Source: a virus (lineage: Duplodnaviria; Caudoviricetes). From it: a stretch of 26,318 nt of DNA. Each line of letters starts with the position of its first letter. The stretch's first letter is position 1. The notes beneath the pieces were generated by a model. The model worked only from the letters and a program-made list of their open reading frames with translations. It had not been told where the DNA came from and did not search any database. The position numbers and the translations under genes were made by a program. Shown here in pieces: positions 1-8,376 of the stretch. The DNA lies in the IMG/VR virus record IMGVR_UViG_3300020460_000048, positions 1 to 26,318 of that record; one strand, written 5' to 3'.

Positions 1-170
1 AGTAGTATGCGTGGTGCAACGACTACAACTGTACCATAATCTTCCAACTGCTTGACAGCATCCATAATCATACAGATGGTCTTACCACCACCAGTAGGAA
101 CAATGACTTGTCCTTTGTCATTGTCTAACATTGATTGTATTGCTTGCTCTTGATGTGGTCTTAGTTGCAT
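1..170 (-). CDS. SF2 DEAD/DEAH-box (ResIII-like) helicase, 5' part only, runs off the left edge
   Basis: Not in the ORF track. Manual translation from ATG at 170 gives MQLRPHQEQAIQSMLDNDKGQVIVPTGGGKTICMIMDAVKQLEDYGTVVVVAPRILL, which has the Q-motif LRPHQ, Walker A PTGGGKT and motif Ia VVAPRILL. Confidence 0.9.
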   Translation of the reverse strand, partial: MQLRPHQEQAIQSMLDNDKGQVIVPTGGGKTICMIMDAVKQLEDYGTVVVVAPRIL

Positions 171-191
171 TAGTTTTCTTTAGATGTCTAT

Positions 192-234
192 ATTATAGCA
201 TTAAAAAACCTCCTGTGCAGGGACTTGTGACAGT
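192..234 (-). promoter_or_regulatory. Putative sigma70-type early promoter for the helicase
   Basis: Minus strand has extended -10 TGCTATAAT (200-192), a weak -35 CTGCAC (220-215) at 17 bp spacing, and an upstream ACTGTCACA (234-226). Confidence 0.65.
203..224 (-). terminator. Possible weak intrinsic terminator ending the oxygenase cassette, overlapping the early promoter
   Basis: Minus strand GTCCCT-GCAC-AGGAGG followed by TTTTTT; the stem is short and bulged. Confidence 0.3.
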
Positions 235-248
235 TTAAAAATTGTATT

Positions 249-851
249 TTATTTAATATCTAAATTCAAAGACCAGGGTAAATCTTCATTTTTTATTTTA
301 GATGGTAATAAATTATACGAAATGCTTATTCTGTTTTTATTTGTGAAATTAGTATTAGACTTATGTAACTGATAACTAGGAAATACTAATAAATCACCAA
401 CATCTACAGGTAATGTAATTTCTGGATGCATATTATGACGAACAATTATATCGTAAAAACAGGTTGTGGTAGAGTCACTTTGACGAGGCTCTTTTGCTTC
501 CTCCTTAACAATTAAAGACATATCTTCTCCTTCCACATAAAAAACACACGACATGAAGGAATTAATATGAGAATGAAACTTAAATCCATCTTGTTCAGGT
601 TCTTGTTTATTAGCCCACGCACCCACAATTTTCCACTCTCCAATACTTGGGTGCTTTGGACACACCATAGATGCTTCTCTTAAAACTGTCTCATTTAACT
701 TTGAAAAAATTGGATTATGCAATATATCAATAAAATCAAATGATTTAGAGTAATCATCCTCTCCAAAAGTTATCTTAGGTATAAGTTTTGTATCAAGTTT
801 TATTTTGTGTATTCTAGTAGGAAATACATCAATATATCCATATTTGTCCAT
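249..851 (-). CDS. 2OG-Fe(II) oxygenase, HxH type (TIGR02466-like)
   Basis: AWAN, FHSHINSFMSCVFY, GDLLVFPSYQLH and RISISYN give an HxH...H triad and the 2OG-binding Arg. Confidence 0.85.
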   Translation of the reverse strand: MDKYGYIDVFPTRIHKIKLDTKLIPKITFGEDDYSKSFDFIDILHNPIFSKLNETVLREASMVCPKHPSIGEWKIVGAWANKQEPEQDGFKFHSHINSFMSCVFYVEGEDMSLIVKEEAKEPRQSDSTTTCFYDIIVRHNMHPEITLPVDVGDLLVFPSYQLHKSNTNFTNKNRISISYNLLPSKIKNEDLPWSLNLDIK

Positions 852-852
852 A

Positions 853-1344
853 CTAAATTTCTACGATAGAATCTAATTTTACATCAATGAACAAGAAATT
901 CATTGGTTTTTCTGATTTATTAAATGCTTGATGTGTATAGTGCATAACATCACATATTTGAGGTTTACCTTCTTCCCAAATTATTTTTCCACCTTTAATA
1001 TCAGTCCACTCCATATAACATTTATTTTTGTCTGGAATAGATAGAGGAATCTGAATTCTTTTATATGGGAACCTTAAAATGTCTGGGTCTTTATGGGGAT
1101 ATAATTCAGTTCCTCCACGAAACGATGTGTAATTAGAAAATAATATTTCATCATTTTCATAAATCTTAAATATATCATCGGTCATATATTTTCTTCTTAT
1201 TATAACAGATTTTTTAACTGATTTCAACCAATAGTAATCTATTACTTTATTAGAGTAACCTTCTATAGTTGGTGCTTTCTTACAAGGAAAAGGATTATTT
1301 TTTGCCCAATTATATAATAAATGTAAATTTTCCTGAGTAATCAT
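853..1344 (-). CDS. Aspartyl/asparaginyl beta-hydroxylase-like 2OG-Fe(II) oxygenase
   Basis: LYPHKD, RIQIPLSIP, WEEGK, HQAFNKS and LFIDV follow the Asp_Arg_Hydrox pattern (HxD...H). Confidence 0.8.
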   Translation of the reverse strand: MITQENLHLLYNWAKNNPFPCKKAPTIEGYSNKVIDYYWLKSVKKSVIIRRKYMTDDIFKIYENDEILFSNYTSFRGGTELYPHKDPDILRFPYKRIQIPLSIPDKNKCYMEWTDIKGGKIIWEEGKPQICDVMHYTHQAFNKSEKPMNFLFIDVKLDSIVEI

Positions 1345-1934
1345 ATTATATTATTTGATAACTTAGTTATGGCTTCATCCCATAAGATTCTTCTACCATC
1401 CAAATCACATATAGCTAATGTTACTACAAATCTTTTTTCATTTGTTGGATTATGAGGACTATGCAACTTTCCCACATTTACAATATGAGGATTTCTCAAA
1501 TCCTTTTCATAAATTATTTTTGCATCTTTTTCGTCAGACACTAATATATCTACCTTATGAGATGAATAATCTGTATCTTTATCATTTTTACCTCCAACAG
1601 TAGTACTAACCTTTCTTATTTTCTTTGAATCCCACCATCTTAAAGTGCTTCCTTTAGCACCAAATTGAAAATATATTTTTGTATATTGAGTATAATCTGT
1701 ATTATCACAATGAATTATCCCATCTGATTTTGGGGGTGAGTAAAACAATTCTATCCATTTGCAAGACAAACCAAGTGATTCTAGATATTGAAATAGATAA
1801 TTATTATTTAATTCACTTGGTTTAGGTGTTTTATGAAATGTTACCCAATTATATCCCTCAGTATTATATTTTGATAAATCTAATTTAGGGTATAATTCTG
1901 GTGTAAAATTTAATTCTCTGCAAAAATTATTCAT
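1341..1934 (-). CDS. Putative cupin/2OG-Fe(II)-type oxygenase
   Basis: IHCD, IVNVGKLHSPHN and KRFVVT give HxD...H...R spacing typical of double-stranded beta-helix oxygenases. ATGA overlaps on both sides. Confidence 0.6.
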   Translation of the reverse strand: MNNFCRELNFTPELYPKLDLSKYNTEGYNWVTFHKTPKPSELNNNYLFQYLESLGLSCKWIELFYSPPKSDGIIHCDNTDYTQYTKIYFQFGAKGSTLRWWDSKKIRKVSTTVGGKNDKDTDYSSHKVDILVSDEKDAKIIYEKDLRNPHIVNVGKLHSPHNPTNEKRFVVTLAICDLDGRRILWDEAITKLSNNII

Positions 1935-2410
1935 AATTTAGTGAAAACTCCTATCATTGAATTATTAGATGATACATCATAGTGTTTATTTTCTAGTTTA
2001 GCATAATCTCGTGGTCTTAGTTTAACTCCGTTTATAATGGGATTACCTTTGAAACATACAAGATAACTTTTATCATTACCATCAAAAGAATTTGAAATAA
2101 GTTTACCATCCCAATCTTGTTGTGGGTCAAGAGTATTGAATCCATAAATGAAAAAAGGTTTAGTAGATTCAAAAATGGTGTGATATCCCATATATTTCTT
2201 TAAATCTAAAAAATTATTGTTTATTGAATCACCTATTAGATATTCTGAATCAAAAACCTTTGCCATTTTACCTGAACCTCTTACAATGATTTGGTACAGA
2301 GTCCTTCTTTCTTCAGCATTTTCCAAAAAGATGACACCTTTATCACCAACTTCACAACATATGCTAAATTCATCACATTTTTTGTGATATCTGACCATTG
2401 ATGGTTCCAT
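1931..2410 (-). CDS. Hypothetical protein, beta-rich and possibly cupin-like, no clear metal ligands
   Basis: 159-aa ORF translationally coupled at both ends. YQIIVRGSG and YLVCFKGNPIING resemble cupin strands. Confidence 0.55.
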   Translation of the reverse strand: MEPSMVRYHKKCDEFSICCEVGDKGVIFLENAEERRTLYQIIVRGSGKMAKVFDSEYLIGDSINNNFLDLKKYMGYHTIFESTKPFFIYGFNTLDPQQDWDGKLISNSFDGNDKSYLVCFKGNPIINGVKLRPRDYAKLENKHYDVSSNNSMIGVFTKL

Positions 2411-3105
2411 TAATTAAATTTCCTCCAATATTTTTCATCTATCAATCCCATAGAGTGGTGTAAATATTGTTCTTTCAAAATTAAATTGACATCACCGACA
2501 ATGGCTAATCTTTCATCGTTAAAATTTTCATCAATTGCTTTTGTACCATGTGATATTATGCTAGGAAATAAAAGAACAACACCTTCTTGTGGATTGATGA
2601 AAAATGTTCTTGAGTTTAATTCATTATATTTCTTAACCATTGTTGCATCATCAACTGTATTTTGACTATTTGAACCTAAAAACAAACCATTTGGATTTTC
2701 TCGATTGAGAAATATAGTTTGATGAGAATTAGGTGGTATATTTAAGAAATAAACAAAAGAAACGTGACTTGTAGAATGAATATGCCAAGGAATTTCTTTA
2801 TTATCTCTTGCTCTTGAAATCCAAGATTTTGTTATGGCATAATTAAAAATATCTTTATACTCTAATATTTCTAAAACATATTTTTTAACGTGAGAAATTA
2901 TTTCTCCAAAAAGAGGATATAAGGTAGGTTCAAGATGTAATAATGGGTCAACATCAACCTGACCTTCACTTACTGTATTAGATCTTTCATTCTCTACATA
3001 ATCATATTTTGAATACAAATCATAATAAAGTTCTTTAAATGCAAAATGATTTTCAACCCTATCTGCGTAAATTGTAGTGGGAAAAATATTAAAAATTTCA
3101 CTCAT
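2410..3105 (-). CDS. 2OG-Fe(II) oxygenase, HxH type (TIGR02466-like)
   Basis: N-terminal IFPTTIY, KSWI, WHIHSTSHVSFVYF, EGVVLLFPSIISH and RLAIVGD. Confidence 0.85.
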   Translation of the reverse strand: MSEIFNIFPTTIYADRVENHFAFKELYYDLYSKYDYVENERSNTVSEGQVDVDPLLHLEPTLYPLFGEIISHVKKYVLEILEYKDIFNYAITKSWISRARDNKEIPWHIHSTSHVSFVYFLNIPPNSHQTIFLNRENPNGLFLGSNSQNTVDDATMVKKYNELNSRTFFINPQEGVVLLFPSIISHGTKAIDENFNDERLAIVGDVNLILKEQYLHHSMGLIDEKYWRKFN

Positions 3106-3628
3106 AGTTTTTCCTCAATGGATGATGAGCTGGGTTAGTCCATTTTCCATTTGCCAAATCTTTTAACATATAAAAATTTAAATTTTTAAATTTTTCCCAT
3201 TTTGATATTCGATGTTCTCGATCAGGTATATAATTATATGATTGAAAATCAACAGCAAATATTTTATCGGTGTTATGCTCAACAATAAAATTAGAACTAC
3301 CAAAGTCATCAAATGTCCAATCTGAATCTCTTTCAACTACATCTTCATAAATTATGTTAGCAAATTCAGGAATGTGTGTGCCGATCCCCCAACCTTTTAT
3401 AAAAACAGTATTATAAGATATATAATTACCTTCTACTGAATATTCAAAATCAGGTATATTGATGCGATTAAAATTTTCTTTTTTTAATCTTTCTAATTTA
3501 TCAATCATCAAATCAAGATTATCTTTTGTAAAACAATTAAATTGTTTGACTAAAGTGAATGAAGACTCTAATACTGATGGTTCATTATTTTTGTTGAATA
3601 TACAACTAGAATAAAATATTTTTTTCAT
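3098..3628 (-). CDS. Putative minimal protein-kinase-like (APH/Kdo/RIO-type) fold protein
   Basis: LVKQF (beta3 Lys), NIPDF, VFIKG (hinge-like), FDDFGSSNFIV (DxxxxN catalytic loop) and IFAVDF (DFG-like). Confidence 0.5.
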   Translation of the reverse strand: MKKIFYSSCIFNKNNEPSVLESSFTLVKQFNCFTKDNLDLMIDKLERLKKENFNRINIPDFEYSVEGNYISYNTVFIKGWGIGTHIPEFANIIYEDVVERDSDWTFDDFGSSNFIVEHNTDKIFAVDFQSYNYIPDREHRISKWEKFKNLNFYMLKDLANGKWTNPAHHPLRKNYE

Positions 3629-3966
3629 AATTTAACTTTTCTCATTTTGAGTAATCTAATTGATCGGTTTGTAAAATCACCAGAAAAAACTTTACCAACT
3701 AATTTGTCAATATCTAGTGCTGAATTCTCAATTGGTGTGTTTTCTTTCAATATGACTTGATTTTCATCGTCAAATTGAATTTGATGTTGAAATTTTCTGA
3801 TTATACTAAATTTAAATGATTCAAAATCAGTCATATCTAAATCATCGTAACAAACTATACACCTGATATGCTCATCTATAGGTTTATGGGAGTGCAATCT
3901 ACAAATTCTAAAAAGTATCTGTTTAGTATCAGGAATGTGTTCTATTATCTTGCAAATTATTTTCAT
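3625..3966 (-). CDS. Hypothetical protein
   Basis: 113-aa ORF with ATGA overlaps to both neighbours and no recognised motif. Confidence 0.7.
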   Translation of the reverse strand: MKIICKIIEHIPDTKQILFRICRLHSHKPIDEHIRCIVCYDDLDMTDFESFKFSIIRKFQHQIQFDDENQVILKENTPIENSALDIDKLVGKVFSGDFTNRSIRLLKMRKVKL

Positions 3967-4550
3967 TTATATGTTAAAAAATTATTATCTTGACTTATAA
4001 CCCAAGTGGTAAGTATATACTTATCTTGACCTATTGGTGGATTACCTCTGTGTGTATGAGTAAATGCAGCAGGGAAAATAATTAATGTGCCTTGTTTTGC
4101 TTTGACTCTTTTATTAATGTACAAAAATTCAGTTTCACCTCCCTCCTCAACAGTATTAAGATACAATTGTACAACTAATTTTCTAGCAGATGATTGTACT
4201 GTTGAATTTTCATAATGCCAGCGATGAAAACCTCCACCAACAGGAATCTTTTTTGCCTTTACATCAAACATCAACAAAATTTCTTTTTGGAGTAAGCTAT
4301 AAGTTGCCAAATAATCATCAACATATTCTTTAATCATCGGTAAAAATGTCAATGGAAGTTGATCTCCTGCCAACATATCATAGGTTGCATCATTATGAAA
4401 GTTTACAGTGCTATGATCTTTATGATCAGGTGCAAATGGTTCTCTTAATATTACTCCATTTTCTATATAATGTTCGATATATCCAATAAATTTTTCGCAA
4501 TATTCTACTGAGACAGCATCGTCATAAACTTTAATAAAATCTGTAATCAT
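3963..4550 (-). CDS. Prolyl-4-hydroxylase-like 2OG-Fe(II) oxygenase
   Basis: FHRWHYE (HxE), LYLNTVEEGGETEF, FPAAFTHTHRGNPP and KYILTTW, with a P4H-type 2OG-binding Lys. Confidence 0.88.
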   Translation of the reverse strand: MITDFIKVYDDAVSVEYCEKFIGYIEHYIENGVILREPFAPDHKDHSTVNFHNDATYDMLAGDQLPLTFLPMIKEYVDDYLATYSLLQKEILLMFDVKAKKIPVGGGFHRWHYENSTVQSSARKLVVQLYLNTVEEGGETEFLYINKRVKAKQGTLIIFPAAFTHTHRGNPPIGQDKYILTTWVISQDNNFLTYK

Positions 4551-5014
4551 AATTTAACACTCCAAGGATTTAAACAATAGGTTGTTCTTTTACCTAAAAA
4601 AGGTTCTACACAATGATATTTACCAGGTGAAAAAATAACTAATCTATTTGTTTTTGGAATGATAATATCATCCTCGATATGCAATTTCCCACCCCTTAAA
4701 TCTTCAACTTCAACATAGTATACCATAGAACATAATGGAAATCTAGTTACACCTTTTTTTATTTGCATTTGCTCATCTTTATCAATATGCCAATCCTTTG
4801 GAACAGTATCATTATGTGTCCAAAATTCATACCCTATACATTCAGATAAATCAAAAGGATTCTTCGCAATCTCGATCATCTTATGACAAAAATCAACAAA
4901 GAGATGATCCTCATCTAATGAGAACCATTTTTCTGTTTGATTCTTATTATTCTCTTTTGCAAATTGTTGTACAGCGGAAATATTTTCCACTACATCATCC
5001 ATTATAATAACCAT
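4547..5014 (-). CDS. 2OG-Fe(II) oxygenase
   Basis: YEFW, WHIDKD (HxD), MVYY, GGKL, PKTNRLVIF, HCVEP and GKR...NPW. Confidence 0.85.
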   Translation of the reverse strand: MVIIMDDVVENISAVQQFAKENNKNQTEKWFSLDEDHLFVDFCHKMIEIAKNPFDLSECIGYEFWTHNDTVPKDWHIDKDEQMQIKKGVTRFPLCSMVYYVEVEDLRGGKLHIEDDIIIPKTNRLVIFSPGKYHCVEPFLGKRTTYCLNPWSVKL

Positions 5015-5032
5015 TATAAAAAAAAAAATTAA

Positions 5033-6241
5033 TTAAACAATACCAGAATTAACGTTATCTCCTCCTTGAGGTCCAGGAGTGTTTGTATTACCATCAGAGG
5101 CATCTGCTACAGCTTGTGTTCTAAAAATAATACCAAATCCATTATCACCTCCGAAACCACCAGGTTGATTTGTGCCATATCCTTTTCTACTTGGAGATTG
5201 ACCTTTGCCACCCTGAGATGCGGTTGGATTATCTATACTACCACCAGGTCCGCCATTTCCACCAGATGCTCCTCCTGATAGATTACCACCATCACCACCT
5301 GTTCCTTCTTCAAATACAGATGCAGCATTTCCCGCACTACCATCATTTCCAGCAGAAGGAGGTCCAAATGCACCAGTTCCTGCTGGACCACCGTCTCCTG
5401 CAGGGAAACCAGCTCCACCACCACCGCCACCACCAGAGCGACCATAATCTTGTTGACTTTTACTAGGATCAGAGTTACCACCAGTACCTCCTCCTCCACC
5501 ACCATAACCACATCTTATGATGCCATTATTATCAATATGAACTGCAAATTGTACTCCTAATGCACTTGTGCCTCCTTGTGCTTTATCTGGTCTACTATTT
5601 CCACTAGAACCTTTTCTACCATCACCTCCAGCACCTAAAATTTGACCACTACTTCCTACATCTAATCTTAAGTCAGTACCACTTGGCCATCGTCCAGTCC
5701 TTAATGCACATTTTCTTCTATTATATGACTGGTCATTAGGTGAATTTTCAGATCCTATCCTTTTATTAACGTGAATAATAACTTTCTTTCCACCTTGCCA
5801 ATTTGATGAATCAAATGTATTGCCACTGGCATCATACGAACCAGCAGGTCTATCTTTAAAATTACCAACGACTATCACATTGTTTTCTTCATTATGATAT
5901 TTCCAAGACGCAATTTGATTATTATCATTACCTCCACCAGTTCCTGTCCGATTCTGAGCACTACCACCATAGTATTTGATAATCATATTCAATTTTTTAC
6001 TATAAAAATCACTAAATTTTATAGTAGCATTTGCTCCTGTTGGTATACCATCATCTAATGGTCTTTTTCCCAACATACCATTATCAGCATTGCTATAAGG
6101 TCCTTCATTTTGAAAAGCAGGATCATCTCTTCGATATTTTCCTAAACGACGTTGACCACCACCAGATCCAAATTCAGCTTCTATTTCTGTAAATGATAGA
6201 GGATTAGGATTGGGTCCTGGTCCAGATGCTTTAATAGTCAT
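5033..6241 (-). CDS. Glycine-rich fibre-tip adhesin, T2/S16 gp38-like polyglycine type
   Basis: The likely start is ATG 6241, which overlaps the upstream stop as TAATG. N-terminal LSFTEIEAEFG...IPTG...IKFSDFY; C-terminal GQILGAGGDG...GGTSAL...IDNNGIIRCGYGGGGGG...GGGGGGGAG. It lies directly after a fibre gene. Confidence 0.6.
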   Translation of the reverse strand: MTIKASGPGPNPNPLSFTEIEAEFGSGGGQRRLGKYRRDDPAFQNEGPYSNADNGMLGKRPLDDGIPTGANATIKFSDFYSKKLNMIIKYYGGSAQNRTGTGGGNDNNQIASWKYHNEENNVIVVGNFKDRPAGSYDASGNTFDSSNWQGGKKVIIHVNKRIGSENSPNDQSYNRRKCALRTGRWPSGTDLRLDVGSSGQILGAGGDGRKGSSGNSRPDKAQGGTSALGVQFAVHIDNNGIIRCGYGGGGGGTGGNSDPSKSQQDYGRSGGGGGGGAGFPAGDGGPAGTGAFGPPSAGNDGSAGNAASVFEEGTGGDGGNLSGGASGGNGGPGGSIDNPTASQGGKGQSPSRKGYGTNQPGGFGGDNGFGIIFRTQAVADASDGNTNTPGPQGGDNVNSGIV

Positions 6242-8361
6242 TAATGTAGATCCCTCCAAGCAGTACCATTATAAACTCGAAGTTTATTATCAGTGGTATT
6301 ATAAATTACTGCACCTGATACTACTCCTGCATTTGTAATTGCTGTTTGTTCTGCGTCAGTTAATTTAGGAGGTAGCATGAACATCTTATTAGCTCCTGCA
6401 CCAGTTAAATTTTTACCAGCAGCAGCAAAGTCAACAGCACACTCTCTTGTTGTTTTTCCAACTACAAGTGAATGAGTGAGTGCGACACCACCACCAGTAG
6501 AAGTTGTATCACCACTAACAATAAATTTATTTCCTGAAAAATTATCAGTACCTATAGCAACTCTACCACTTGCACTCACCTTAAATACTTGATCATCGAC
6601 AGTGTTTATTTGGAATTTCATACTCGCACTAGAGTAATTACCTCCAATATAAATTGAATTATTACTTACAAAATTTTCAAAAGTTCCAATACCTGTTACA
6701 ATGATTTGATCTACAGTAGATGTGCCTGAAGAAGCAGTAACATTACCAAAAAGATCTCCATTCAAATCACCAGTAACATTACCAGTAAGACCACTAAAGA
6801 TTGTACCAGTGCAATTAATATCACCACCAAAAACAGCATTACCACTGACATTAGAATTACCAACCACTTGGAGTGGTACAGTAGGAGTTGTAACACCAAT
6901 ACCTAAATTTCCATCTGATGTAAGAGTCATTAATGGATTATTCACTCCTTTTAACCAATGAAAATCACCAATTACGTTAGATGAATTATTCTGACTTAGA
7001 TAGTAATTAAAATTATCAATACCATGATTAACTATGTCCAGAGATTGTGGTTGACTGTATGATTGACCAGGTTGACCACCATATCTTAATTCTGCATTAT
7101 TTGTATTTAAATTCCCTGTCTCTCTACCAAATGATATTCTAGCTGTTCCAGTTTCACTCGTTACTTGAATTTCAGAGTCATTTGTGTTTCTAACTTGTAT
7201 ATCAACAGTAGGAGCATCAGTTGTTCCAACTCCAAGTTTTAGTGCAGAGACTGTGCTTGCTGCTCCAACATATTGAGCATTTAAATCACCTAAAAACGTT
7301 GATGTTTCTATTACTTGAAAGGTTCTAGTTGTCGTCAATCCAGCAACATTAGCACTTTGACTGAATGTTGCAATACCTGAAACTTCAAGATTATCATCTA
7401 TAGTCGTCTGATTGTTAGCAGAATCAATTAATAATCCTCCAGACGCAGTATCAATTTCATTATCACCAGTTACACCAATTTGAATATTATCAATACTTGC
7501 ACCACCGTTTGCATCCACTAAACCAGCAAATGTTGTCACTCCTGCAACACTTAAATTATCTAAGTTAGTATGACCATCAACGTCTATATCAGCATTTATA
7601 TCAATATTTCCACCAAAAACTGTTTCAGTAGCAAAGGTTGTTACACCTGAAATAGAGACATTATCTAAATTTGTATGTCCATCTACATCTAAATCTGCGT
7701 TTATATCAACGTTTCCAGCAGTGGTGGTAACTCCAGCGATGCTAACATTGTCTAAGTTTGTATGACCATCTACATCTATATCAGCATTTAAATCAATGTC
7801 GCCAGAGAAAGTGGAAGCACTTACGATATTACCAGTTAAATCTCCAACAAATGATGCTGCTGTAACAATTCCTGATACTCTTACGTTACCAACAGAACTA
7901 ATACCAACACCCTCTTGTCCAGCATCAACTTTTCCACCAACTTGAAGAGTAAAACGAGGATCATTTGTTGCAATACCAACATTACCACCAGTATTAAATA
8001 TACTTGTATATCCTAATCCTACATCAATATCTTCCCATTGAGAAGTTGGCATACCTTGTAAAAACCTTGCATCACCAAAGAAAGTAACAATCCCAGCTCC
8101 CTCTGCTGTTATAATACCACTTTTTACACTAACTCCAGCACCTATGATTTGAGTTGGTTCAAAGGTTGTAACAGTCAGAAACCCAATATTACCCTTTGTG
8201 ATTGTTGCAAAACCTGCTATTGTAACATCACCACGAACATCAAGAGCTTCTGTTGGCACAGTAGTTCCAATACCAACCAGACCAGTAGCCGTTACTAACA
8301 GGTTATCATCATCAACCTGTACACCGTTACGAAAGTTAAAATTCTTCTTGATATTTGCCAT
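6241..8361 (-). CDS. Virion fibre / structural protein (706 aa)
   Basis: Repeated fibre motifs GLVGIGTTVP, GNVGIATNDP, GNLGIGVTTP and GRVAIGT; internal repeats; C-terminal GAVIYNTTDNKLRVYNGTAW; preceded by a late promoter. Confidence 0.75.
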   Translation of the reverse strand: MANIKKNFNFRNGVQVDDDNLLVTATGLVGIGTTVPTEALDVRGDVTIAGFATITKGNIGFLTVTTFEPTQIIGAGVSVKSGIITAEGAGIVTFFGDARFLQGMPTSQWEDIDVGLGYTSIFNTGGNVGIATNDPRFTLQVGGKVDAGQEGVGISSVGNVRVSGIVTAASFVGDLTGNIVSASTFSGDIDLNADIDVDGHTNLDNVSIAGVTTTAGNVDINADLDVDGHTNLDNVSISGVTTFATETVFGGNIDINADIDVDGHTNLDNLSVAGVTTFAGLVDANGGASIDNIQIGVTGDNEIDTASGGLLIDSANNQTTIDDNLEVSGIATFSQSANVAGLTTTRTFQVIETSTFLGDLNAQYVGAASTVSALKLGVGTTDAPTVDIQVRNTNDSEIQVTSETGTARISFGRETGNLNTNNAELRYGGQPGQSYSQPQSLDIVNHGIDNFNYYLSQNNSSNVIGDFHWLKGVNNPLMTLTSDGNLGIGVTTPTVPLQVVGNSNVSGNAVFGGDINCTGTIFSGLTGNVTGDLNGDLFGNVTASSGTSTVDQIIVTGIGTFENFVSNNSIYIGGNYSSASMKFQINTVDDQVFKVSASGRVAIGTDNFSGNKFIVSGDTTSTGGGVALTHSLVVGKTTRECAVDFAAAGKNLTGAGANKMFMLPPKLTDAEQTAITNAGVVSGAVIYNTTDNKLRVYNGTAWRDLH
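7528..7800 (-). repeat. Three imperfect in-frame repeats encoding (N/D)xD(I/L)NAD(I/L)DVDGHTNLDNxSxxGVTT
   Basis: Visible in the protein track three times and synonymously diverged at DNA level; boundaries are approximate. Confidence 0.85.
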
Positions 8362-8376
8362 CAGTTATATTTTTAG

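Noticed and set aside
6242-6259. ORF-track start at 6259 for the glycine-rich gene
   Set aside because: It lies inside the upstream gene, whereas ATG 6241 gives a standard TAATG coupling.
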